A DNA stretch of 64,000 bases from assembly GCA_944368795.1 (NCBI GenBank), contig CALVXE010000001.1, positions 2,465 through 66,464 on the forward strand, written 5' to 3'. Within the stretch, counting starts at the first letter, position 1, and each line of letters opens with the position of its first letter. A model generated the notes under the pieces. The model saw nothing but the letters and a program-made list of their open reading frames with translations. It made no database searches and was not told the origin of the DNA. The DNA comes from an uncultured Clostridia bacterium (GTDB lineage Bacteria > Bacillota > Clostridia > Christensenellales > Borkfalkiaceae). Position numbers and translations under genes: made by a program. Positions 20,169-28,040 of this stretch are shown here, one piece after another.

Positions 20169-21137
20169 TTACTCGCAGCCGTACGTGGCAACATTCACTT
20201 TCATCACTCTCTGACGGCTGGCGCCCTCGTACAGACCCTCTACACGCTGAATCAAGAGATTGACGGCCGTTTTTGCCAATGCGTCTTTATCGGTGGAAAC
20301 CGTCGCGCAATTCCCCGGAAGTTTGAGTTCCTGCCGAATATTGTCGTAACCGATAACGCGGATATCTTCACGGCTGCGGCTCTGCAGCAAATACTGCGTT
20401 TCCATCGCGATATAATCGTTGAAACAAACGATGCCGTCGCATGCGCCGGAACGGAGGATCCCGTCGATCACCTCCGAATACGAATGCCCTTCCATCAACG
20501 CGATGCTGCTTTCGGCATTCCGCTCCTGTACGCAATTCAAAAAGCCGTCGTACCGCTCTTTCGCGCAGGAGATGCCCAAACTGTCGGCCAAAAAACACAG
20601 ATTCTTGCAGCCTTTATCGATGAGATAATCCGCCGCGATATATCCGCCGCGCACGTCGTCCGTATATACATAATCCATTTGCGGCTGTTCGCTGTGGCGG
20701 CCGATGACCGTTACCGGAAACCTGCCCTGCTGCACGCGCTTGCTGAAATCTTCGCCCGGTTCCAAAAAGCTCAACAGCCCGTCCACGTTCCGAAGAAGAA
20801 GTTTTTCGTAGGTAGATTCGCATACCTTTTCGTTTTCGTCGATCACCGTGAGAAAATCGTAGCCATACTGCGTGAGGTGGTTTGTGATGTAGTGCGTCAT
20901 GATATTGTAATAGGGATTAAAAAGATTATCAAACAATATCGCGACCGTATACGACTTGCCCTTCTTTAAAGAAGACGCGGCAAAATTGGGAACGTATCCG
21001 AGCCTCTTCGCCGCTTCGTTAACGCGCCTCTTCGTAACTTCGGAAATATCCGACTTGTTGTGCAAAGCCCGCGATACAGAATTGACCGTAAGCCCCGTCG
21101 CTATCGCCACATCCTTTAAAGTACATCTCTTTACCAT
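20169..21137 (-). CDS. LacI family transcriptional regulator
   Basis: TLKDVA...SVSRALH HTH, LGYVPN hinge and a periplasmic-binding-fold sensor domain (CFND, IGYDN). Confidence 0.95.
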   Translation of the reverse strand: MVKRCTLKDVAIATGLTVNSVSRALHNKSDISEVTKRRVNEAAKRLGYVPNFAASSLKKGKSYTVAILFDNLFNPYYNIMTHYITNHLTQYGYDFLTVIDENEKVCESTYEKLLLRNVDGLLSFLEPGEDFSKRVQQGRFPVTVIGRHSEQPQMDYVYTDDVRGGYIAADYLIDKGCKNLCFLADSLGISCAKERYDGFLNCVQERNAESSIALMEGHSYSEVIDGILRSGACDGIVCFNDYIAMETQYLLQSRSREDIRVIGYDNIRQELKLPGNCATVSTDKDALAKTAVNLLIQRVEGLYEGASRQRVMKVNVATYGCE

Positions 21138-21166
21138 GATTCTCTACACTGCAGCTTAATATTTCA

Positions 21167-21222
21167 ACATGAACGTTAATGTGATTACGAATCGATTATA
21201 TCACAAATAAATTATTTGTCAA
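21167..21222 (-). promoter_or_regulatory. SigA promoter (TTGACA-16-TATAAT, extended -10) and autoregulatory operator of the LacI gene
   Basis: -35 at 21217-21222, -10 at 21195-21200 and palindrome ACATGAACGTTAATGT at 21167-21182. Confidence 0.75.
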
Positions 21223-21357
21223 TACTTTTTTTAAAATTTTCAAAAAAATTTCGAAATTTTCATTTTGACATTTTTCCGCCCTTACCGAGGCGGATATCCG
21301 CCCATAAAGCAGGTTAACGTTTCGCTCTGCAAATTTTTGCATAAGTGAACGTTTCGA

Positions 21358-21386
21358 TTGACAAATTCGCCCGCTTATTATAAAAT
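21358..21386 (+). promoter_or_regulatory. SigA promoter TTGACA-17-TAAAAT
   Basis: Near-consensus boxes upstream of 21432. Confidence 0.6.
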
Positions 21387-21431
21387 AAAGTCAAGCCGCC
21401 CGCGGCGGCAAATTCAAACAGGAGGTTTTGC

Positions 21432-21734
21432 ATGTTTAAAGGATTGGAAAAGGTATTCGACATCATCGGCGAGATCCTCGCAGTGGTCTTGGTGATCGTA
21501 TTCGCCCTGCTGATCATCGACGCGAACTTCAGTTTTCTGCCGGACACGCTTGCGAATGTATTTAAAGTAATACAGACCTACGGCGGACTCGTGCTGATCG
21601 CGGTCGTCGGATTGGAAGCGATGGCGAAGCGCAATTTTATTTTCCAAATCATCTTTTTGGCATTGCTTGCGCTGATCGTCGTGTTCATGTTCTTCCCCGA
21701 CACGTACAACAATTTTATCAATATTATTAAATAA
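21432..21734 (+). CDS. Small hypothetical membrane protein (about 3 TM helices)
   Basis: AGGAGG RBS, hydrophobic segments, its own promoter and a downstream terminator. Confidence 0.75.
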   Translation: MFKGLEKVFDIIGEILAVVLVIVFALLIIDANFSFLPDTLANVFKVIQTYGGLVLIAVVGLEAMAKRNFIFQIIFLALLALIVVFMFFPDTYNNFINIIK

Positions 21735-21740
21735 GGAAAC

Positions 21741-21784
21741 AAAAAGAAAAGCCCTCTCCTGTTGCGGAGAGGGCTTATTTGTTT
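21741..21784. terminator. Bidirectional intrinsic terminator
   Basis: AAGCCCTCTCC-N6-GGAGAGGGCTT flanked by A and T tracts between convergent genes. Confidence 0.8.
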
Positions 21785-22061
21785 ACTGCGCTTTGCTGTA
21801 TACGCTTACCTGCTTTCTGTCTTTGCCCAACCTTTCAAAACGGACCACTCCGTCGACAAGCGCGAACAGCGTATCGTCTTTGCCGATGCCGACGTTGTTG
21901 CCGGGATGGAATTTCGTGCCGCGCTGACGAACGAGAATGTTGCCGGCAAGCACTTCCTGCCCGTCCGAACGTTTTACGCCGAGGCGCTTCGCCTCGCTGT
22001 CTCTTCCGTTGTGCGACGAGCCCGTTCCCTTTTTATGAGCAAATAAACTGATGAAAATCAT
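21783..22061 (-). CDS. rpmA: 50S ribosomal protein L27
   Basis: [23 protein letters not shown] and [10 protein letters not shown], with a 7-aa N-terminal extension. Confidence 0.98.
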   Translation of the reverse strand: MIFISLFAHKKGTGSSHNGRDSEAKRLGVKRSDGQEVLAGNILVRQRGTKFHPGNNVGIGKDDTLFALVDGVVRFERLGKDRKQVSVYSKAQ

Positions 22062-22084
22062 TTATTTCTCCTCCTGAAATTTAC

Positions 22085-22390
22085 TTACAGCGAGATCTTT
22101 TCGATCTTCACTTGGGTGAAGGGCTGGCGATGGCCCTGTTTTTTGCGCTCGTTCTTTTTCGGTTTATACTTGAAAACGACGATCTTTTTGAACTTATCCT
22201 GTGCTTCCACAGTGGCGGAAACCTTCGCATTTGCGACTTCTTCGCCAGTCTTGACCCCGCTTTCGTCCGAAATCATCACGGCTTTGAATTCGACGGAATC
22301 GCCGACTTCCGCTTTGAGCTTTTCGACACGCACTACGTCGCCTTCGCTGACTTTGTATTGCTTGCCTCCGTTTTCGATGATAGCGTACAT
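22085..22390 (-). CDS. rplU: 50S ribosomal protein L21
   Basis: [14 protein letters not shown] and KQGHRQPFT. Confidence 0.98.
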   Translation of the reverse strand: MYAIIENGGKQYKVSEGDVVRVEKLKAEVGDSVEFKAVMISDESGVKTGEEVANAKVSATVEAQDKFKKIVVFKYKPKKNERKKQGHRQPFTQVKIEKISL

Positions 22391-22394
22391 AAAA

Positions 22395-22480
22395 ACTTTA
22401 CCTCCTCTTTCCAGTCTCGCCGTATGCCAAGGCGGTGCGTCGCGCGCACGCTTATAAAGCCCGCTCCGAGCGGCTCGTTT
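22395..22480 (-). ncRNA. L21 leader (ribosomal protein leader RNA)
   Basis: 5' UTR of rplU downstream of TTGACT-17-TAAGAT (22512-22484). It contains GGCGAGACTG just before the RBS, as in Firmicute L21 leaders. Called from position and recalled consensus, not a covariance-model search. Confidence 0.6.
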
Positions 22481-22524
22481 CGTATCTTACCATACCGGGG
22501 CAAAGAAGTCAAGCGTTTTTGCCC

Positions 22525-22554
22525 GCATAATTTATTTTGCCGCGGCACAAACTA
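22525..22554 (+). promoter_or_regulatory. Putative SigG-type (forespore) promoter
   Basis: GCATA-N18-CAAACTA upstream of 22580. Confidence 0.4.
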
Positions 22555-22579
22555 AGATAAAACAAACGGAGGCTTTGAT

Positions 22580-23020
22580 ATGGCTGTAAAAAAAGACGAA
22601 GAATTATTGGCGGAAGTTTACCGCAACACACATTACGCGCTCGAATCGATTGCGGATATCCTGCCGGATACGACAAGCGGCGAACTGCGCGAAGAATTGC
22701 TTAAAATGCACGACGGATATGAAAAAATTTCCGGCCAGGCCGCGCTTTGCGCCCGGGAGAAAGGCATCGAACTGAAAGAGCCGGGGGCCGTAAAGAAAGC
22801 GATGATGTGGGGCTCGATCAAAATGAACGCCCTTAAAGACGGTTCGCCCGAGCATATAGCGGAGATGATGACGCAGGGAACGGTGATGGGGATCACCGCG
22901 CTGGCGCGTTCTTTGGGAGAGTGCGAAAAGGAATGCGACCCGGAAATCATAAAATTGGCGAAAGAACTGTTAAAAACCGAACAGTGCTATGAAGAGACGC
23001 TGAAATCGTATTTGCAATAA
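22580..23020 (+). CDS. Conserved hypothetical helical protein (ferritin-like bundle, possibly sporulation-related)
   Basis: GGAGG RBS and SPEHIAEMMTQGTVMGI motif typical of a clostridial hypothetical family. Confidence 0.7.
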   Translation: MAVKKDEELLAEVYRNTHYALESIADILPDTTSGELREELLKMHDGYEKISGQAALCAREKGIELKEPGAVKKAMMWGSIKMNALKDGSPEHIAEMMTQGTVMGITALARSLGECEKECDPEIIKLAKELLKTEQCYEETLKSYLQ

Positions 23021-23041
23021 TTCCCCGCCGAGCGCAGGAAC

Positions 23042-23085
23042 AAGAGCCGGTGCGGTGCGCATATATGCGCGCCGCACCGGCTCTT
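23042..23085. terminator. Long hairpin terminator between convergent genes
   Basis: AAGAGCCGGTGCGGTGCGCAT / ATGCGCGCCGCACCGGCTCTT. Confidence 0.75.
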
Positions 23086-23121
23086 TCATATATAAGCTTC
23101 CTGCCAAAAGAAGTCTCCCTG

Positions 23122-24891
23122 CTATTCCACCGTTACCGATTTAGCCAAATTGCGCGGCTTATCCGGGTCGTATCCCCGCAAAAGGCACATGCGGCAGGCA
23201 AAATATTGCAGCGGGATCACCGATATCACAGGCATCAGCGGTTCGGAAACGGAGGGAAGTTTGCATTTGAAATCGGCGCAGCTTTCCTCCATAAAACCGT
23301 ACTGCGACAGCAATACCGTATACGCGCCCCGCGATTTTACCTCTTCGAGAGCGTTTTCCGTCTTTTTCGCCAGATCGGCGCGCGTGGATACGGCGATCAC
23401 GGGAAAGCCCCGTTCCACTAAGGCCAAGGTGCCGTGCTTCAACTCGCCTGCGGCATATCCTTCGGCAAACACGTAAGCGATCTCTTTTACTTTCAGAGCG
23501 CCTTCCGCGGCCGTGCGGACGTCGCGGTCCCTGCCCAAAAAATACATGCTCTGCGCACCGCGCAATTTTTCCGCGAGCATATCCATCGCGGGAAATGTTT
23601 TGAACGACGCGCGTGCCGCTTCGGGCAGAGATGCGAGCTCGGGCATATAGGCGGGCATCTGCGTTTTTTTATAAAAACAGAGCTGCGCAGCGATGTAATA
23701 CAGGCACAGAAGCTGGCAATTGTAGCTCTTCGTCGCGGCCACGGCGATTTCCGGCCCCGCGCGCATGACGACCGTAAAATCGGCAAGAGACGAGAGAGAC
23801 GAGCAGGAAACGTTCGTTACCGCCAACACGAATCCGCCCCGTTCGCGCGCCAAGCGGGCGGCTTCCAACGTATCGGCCGTTTCTCCGCTCTGCGATACCG
23901 CCACGACAAGATCCCCCTCTTCCACGAGAGGATCGCGGTAGCGGAATTCCGAAGACGTATGGCATAAAACGGGAATGCGCACTTCTTTTTCGACAATATC
24001 TTTAAACAAGAGAGCCGCGTGATATGCCGTTCCGCAGGCGACGGCGAAAACTTTTTTTGCCTGCCGCATCGCGCGCGCGCAAGGGGCGAAATCGGCCGCG
24101 TTCAGCCACGCGAGAGTATCTTCCAACGCGCGCGGGATCTCGAAAATCTCTTCCTCCATGTACGTTGCGCATCTTCGCCTGCCGCCGAGGCTCGTTTCCG
24201 TTACCTTGCTGAACTTTTTGCCGATCCGCCGCCCCGCGCCGTCGCAAAAATCGATTTCTCCGCCGCGGATGTGAATGAACTCCCCATCCTCCGCTGCGGC
24301 AATATATTCCGCCTCTCCGCTGAGCGCGGGGACGTCGCTGCAGACAAAAAGAGCGGAAGAAGACGCTCCCGCTATCAGCGGACTCTTATATTTTGCGCAT
24401 ACGATCTCTTCGGGGAAATCTTCGCACAGCACGGCTATCGCGTATGACCCTTCCAGCCGCGAACAGGCCGAAGACACCGCCGCGAAAAAATTGCCGGTAT
24501 ACGAACGCGCGATCAGTTTTACGATCACTTCACTGTCCGTTTCGGACAAAAACGTTTCGCCGGCGGCGCTGAGTTCTTCCCTGAGCTTTGCGTAGTTTTC
24601 GACAATGCCGTTATGCACCAGCGCGAACTTGCCGCAGACATGCGGATGCGCGTTCGCGTCGGAAGGGGCTCCGTGCGTGGCCCAACGGGTATGGCCGATG
24701 CCTGCCCGGCCCGAAAGCTCCTCCCCGAACAGATTCTTTACCCCGCCCTTCTTTTTCCGTATCGCCAATCCCGCCTCGGAAAGTACGGCGATCCCGGCGG
24801 AATCGTACCCGCGGTACTCCAATTTTTCGAGCGAAGAAATGAGATACCGATAACAGTTTCCCTTTGTAACACAGCCTATGATCCCGCACAT
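23122..24891 (-). CDS. glmS: Glutamine--fructose-6-phosphate aminotransferase
   Basis: MCGI N-terminus, GHTRWATHG, SQSGETADT and PRNLAKSVTVE C-terminus. Confidence 0.97.
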   Translation of the reverse strand: MCGIIGCVTKGNCYRYLISSLEKLEYRGYDSAGIAVLSEAGLAIRKKKGGVKNLFGEELSGRAGIGHTRWATHGAPSDANAHPHVCGKFALVHNGIVENYAKLREELSAAGETFLSETDSEVIVKLIARSYTGNFFAAVSSACSRLEGSYAIAVLCEDFPEEIVCAKYKSPLIAGASSSALFVCSDVPALSGEAEYIAAAEDGEFIHIRGGEIDFCDGAGRRIGKKFSKVTETSLGGRRRCATYMEEEIFEIPRALEDTLAWLNAADFAPCARAMRQAKKVFAVACGTAYHAALLFKDIVEKEVRIPVLCHTSSEFRYRDPLVEEGDLVVAVSQSGETADTLEAARLARERGGFVLAVTNVSCSSLSSLADFTVVMRAGPEIAVAATKSYNCQLLCLYYIAAQLCFYKKTQMPAYMPELASLPEAARASFKTFPAMDMLAEKLRGAQSMYFLGRDRDVRTAAEGALKVKEIAYVFAEGYAAGELKHGTLALVERGFPVIAVSTRADLAKKTENALEEVKSRGAYTVLLSQYGFMEESCADFKCKLPSVSEPLMPVISVIPLQYFACRMCLLRGYDPDKPRNLAKSVTVE

Positions 24892-24892
24892 A

Positions 24893-26188
24893 TCATTCCT
24901 CCGACCCGATTATGATCCTGCGCACCCTTTCCGCAGAGCTCCGCGCGGCGTGCATCGTTTCCGCTTCGGCAAATATCCGCACGACGGGCTCGGTTCCGGA
25001 CGCGCGAACGACGATCCTCTCGACAAAGCCGCTCTCCCTTTCGACAGCTTCGCGCACCTTTTCGCTGCCCAACACGCGGACTTTGTCTCGTACCTTTACG
25101 CTCGCATTGTACTGCGGCAGCAAACGGACGTCTGCCAAGTCCGAAAGTTTATTTTCCGTTATCAGCTCGGAAAGTTTTACCGAAGTCAAGATCCCGTCTC
25201 CGGTCGACGCATAGCGGGACAGAATAATATGCCCCGACTGCTCCCCGCCCACGGCGGCCCCGCTCTTGCACATGCAGCGGGCAACATATTTATCGCCGAT
25301 ATCCGTCCGCACCAAAGCGATCCCTTCCCGTTCCAGAGCGCGCTCAACGCCCGTATTGGTATGCGCCGTGCCGACGGCAAGATTTTGCGGCAGACGGCCC
25401 TTCGATTTCATGTCCTTTGCCAAAATATATAAGATTTTGTCGCCGTCTACGATTTCTCCGCGCTCGTCGACCGCGATCAGCCTGTCGGCATCTCCGTCAT
25501 AGGAAAAACCGGCATCGGCACCGTATTTTAAAAGGGCATCGCGGACCCGTTCGGGGTACAGTGCGCCGCAATGGTCATTGACGGAGCGCCCGTCTGTTTT
25601 ACAGCATATGCAATACACCTTCGCCCCCAGTTTTTCGAATATACGCGGGGCAAAAGCGGATGCGGCTCCGTTCGCACAGTCGAGCACGAATTTGAACCCC
25701 GAAAGCGGCCTTTCACAACATTGCGCGATATAATCCGCATACGCGCCCCGATGCGGAAGGCGAAAAATCTTCCCGCAGGACAGAGCGGAGGCAAACGAAT
25801 AACAGCCGAAATGCCTCTCTATTTTGCCTTCGTCCTTTTCGTCCAGTTTCATCCCGTTGCGGTCGAATACTTTCAAGCCGTTGTATTCGGGAGGATTGTG
25901 CGAAGCGCTGACGACGATGCCGTAATCCGCTCCGATACGCCGAACGAAAAAAGAAACCGCCGCCGTAGGCAATATGCCGCCGTCGTATACCGTACCTCCT
26001 CCCGCAGATATGCCGGCGGCGGCCGCCAGCATAAGCATATCCGAAGAGACGCGCGTATCTCTGCCGATCAGCACCACGGCATTTTTTTTGAATCGGCAGA
26101 GAGAATTTCCCAAAGCAAACGCTGTGCGGGCGGTGATCGTTTCTCCTGCAATTCCGCGGATCCCGTCTGTTCCGAACCAATCACCCAT
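24893..26188 (-). CDS. glmM: Phosphoglucosamine mutase
   Basis: FGTDGIRG, SASHNP, DGDADR, GGEQSGH and RASGTEP. The likely start is ATG 26188. Confidence 0.95.
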   Translation of the reverse strand: MGDWFGTDGIRGIAGETITARTAFALGNSLCRFKKNAVVLIGRDTRVSSDMLMLAAAAGISAGGGTVYDGGILPTAAVSFFVRRIGADYGIVVSASHNPPEYNGLKVFDRNGMKLDEKDEGKIERHFGCYSFASALSCGKIFRLPHRGAYADYIAQCCERPLSGFKFVLDCANGAASAFAPRIFEKLGAKVYCICCKTDGRSVNDHCGALYPERVRDALLKYGADAGFSYDGDADRLIAVDERGEIVDGDKILYILAKDMKSKGRLPQNLAVGTAHTNTGVERALEREGIALVRTDIGDKYVARCMCKSGAAVGGEQSGHIILSRYASTGDGILTSVKLSELITENKLSDLADVRLLPQYNASVKVRDKVRVLGSEKVREAVERESGFVERIVVRASGTEPVVRIFAEAETMHAARSSAERVRRIIIGSEE

Positions 26189-26819
26189 CGTCTTTCCCTC
26201 TCCGCACGTATTTTTGCGCCAGACGTTCATTTTTTTGCTGCCGCACCCTGCCGATCAAAAAAGAACCGGGCGGAGCGTTTTCGGTTACGGTCGTTCCCGC
26301 GGCTACGTAACTGCCGGCGCCGAGCGCAACGGGCGCCACCAAATTGACGTTGCTCCCGATAAAACAACCGTCCTCGACTTCGATGCGGTGTTTTTCCTGC
26401 CCGTCATAATTGCAAAATACGGCTCCGCAGCCGATGTTGCAAAACTTTCCTACGTCCGCATCCCCTACATACGCGAGATGGCTGGCTTTCGTCCCTTCTC
26501 CCAGCCTCGAATTCTTAATTTCGACGAAATCCCCGATGCGGCAGCTGTCGCCGATCACCGTTCCCGCGCGCAGATTCGCAAAAGGCCCGATGCGCACACT
26601 GTTCCCGACAACGGCACCGCGGAGTACGCTTGCGGTTATTTCGCAATCACGGCCGATCGAACAATTTTCGATGATATTGTTCGGATACAGCACCGTACCG
26701 CGTTGGATGACGCTGTTGCCCAATATATGGTTGTTCGGAAAAATGATCACACCCTCTTCGATCAGCGCCGTTTCGGCAACGGTAACCGTTTCGGGGGATA
26801 TCACTTTGTATCCCGGCAT
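26181..26819 (-). CDS. glmU: GlmU C-terminal domain only (glucosamine-1-phosphate N-acetyltransferase, left-handed beta-helix)
   Basis: IGPFANLR, GDFVEIKN, SHLAYVGDA and CNYDG..KH. Strong RBS before ATG 26819 and no pyrophosphorylase domain. Confidence 0.85.
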   Translation of the reverse strand: MPGYKVISPETVTVAETALIEEGVIIFPNNHILGNSVIQRGTVLYPNNIIENCSIGRDCEITASVLRGAVVGNSVRIGPFANLRAGTVIGDSCRIGDFVEIKNSRLGEGTKASHLAYVGDADVGKFCNIGCGAVFCNYDGQEKHRIEVEDGCFIGSNVNLVAPVALGAGSYVAAGTTVTENAPPGSFLIGRVRQQKNERLAQKYVRRGKDDG

Positions 26820-27037
26820 GCCCTCCCTCCAAAAAAGAAATCAGTACATACTATGCCGGCTGCGGCGAAAAAGTTTGCCGCTATGCAAAATCGTCCGAGA
26901 ACAAACTTTGCCGGAAATGGCCGTAAAAATTGTCTCCGCCGCAAAAAGAGTTTGCCGTGAACCGCATTTTGTGTATAATAAAAGAGCGGGCAGACGCAGC
27001 AGCAGAAGAATCGCGCACGGCCCGATCGGAGATATTT

Positions 27038-27964
27038 ATGGACAAAAAAACAAAACTGATTTTTATAAACGGAACGATGGGGGTCGGAAAAACGACGGTT
27101 TGCCGACTGCTGCAACAAAAGCTTCCGAACAACGTTTTTTTGGACGGGGATGATTGCTGGAATATGCGCCCCTTTCTCGTAAATGAAAGGACGAAACGCC
27201 TGGTTTTAAAAAATATAACCGCCATGCTGAATAATTTTATAGGCAGCGGATTGTTCGAAAACGTGCTTTTTTGTTGGGTAATGCACGAACAAAGCATTGC
27301 CGACGCAATCCTTTCCAGCTTAAAAGCGCCCTTTGACTTTAAATTTTTTACGCTGCAGTGCGGAGAAGAACAGCTGCGCAAAAGGCTGGAAAAGGATATC
27401 GTGCGAGATATCCGCTCGCCCGGCGTTCTTGAGCGCAGCGTCCGCCGCCGCAACCAATATGAATCGTTCGATACCGTAAAAATCGACACCGATTTTCTCA
27501 CCGCCGACGAAACGGCGCAGAAAATCGCCGCAATACTCTTTGCGGAAGATTTTTCCGCAAAATCCTTTGGATTTCTGAATGAAGATGCCCGCATGATCCG
27601 CACCGAAGTATTTGTGCGGGAACAGGGATTCGAAGACGAATTCGACGATTTCGACGCTATTTCAACGCACTTGGTGCTGTATTACCGAAATACGCCCGCC
27701 GGAACCTGCCGTTTTTTCCGCGAGAAAAGCGGCGATTACCGAATCGGGCGGCTGGCGGTGCTAAAACCGCTGCGCGGATTCGGAGCCGGAAAACGGCTGC
27801 TGCAATTTGCCGAAGACGAGATCCGCGCGGCGGGCGGAAAGCGCATACTGCTCTCCGCGCAGGTGCGGGCGCAGACATTTTACTTCTCGGCCGGCTATAC
27901 GATATGCGGGAACGAGTTTCTCGAACAGGATGTGCCGCACGTACCCATGTCAAAATTACTGTAA
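27038..27964 (+). CDS. P-loop nucleotide-kinase-like domain fused to a GNAT (ElaA-like) acetyltransferase
   Basis: The likely start is ATG 27038. GTMGVGKTT and LDGDDCW in the N-terminal half, IRTEVFVREQ, RIGRLAVL..RG.G.G and LSAQ in the C-terminal half. Confidence 0.85.
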   Translation: MDKKTKLIFINGTMGVGKTTVCRLLQQKLPNNVFLDGDDCWNMRPFLVNERTKRLVLKNITAMLNNFIGSGLFENVLFCWVMHEQSIADAILSSLKAPFDFKFFTLQCGEEQLRKRLEKDIVRDIRSPGVLERSVRRRNQYESFDTVKIDTDFLTADETAQKIAAILFAEDFSAKSFGFLNEDARMIRTEVFVREQGFEDEFDDFDAISTHLVLYYRNTPAGTCRFFREKSGDYRIGRLAVLKPLRGFGAGKRLLQFAEDEIRAAGGKRILLSAQVRAQTFYFSAGYTICGNEFLEQDVPHVPMSKLL

Positions 27965-27992
27965 AGCCCGCCGCCTTAGATCCTGCATACAG

Positions 27993-28031
27993 AAAAGGAG
28001 CGGGAGGCCGCAAGCCTCCCGCTCCTTTTTT
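27993..28031. terminator. Bidirectional intrinsic terminator
   Basis: AAAAGGAGCGGGAGGC-N5-GCCTCCCGCTCCTTTT. Confidence 0.85.
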
Positions 28032-28040
28032 CATCGTTTT

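Noticed and set aside
21311-21358. Two weaker AACGTT-centred sites (AGGTTAACGTTTCGCT, AAGTGAACGTTTCGAT)
   Set aside because: Only half-matches to the operator consensus. They could be auxiliary operators or cre-like sites but cannot be supported.
24892-24900. Possible glmS ribozyme
   Set aside because: glmS starts 1 bp after the glmM stop codon, leaving no leader.
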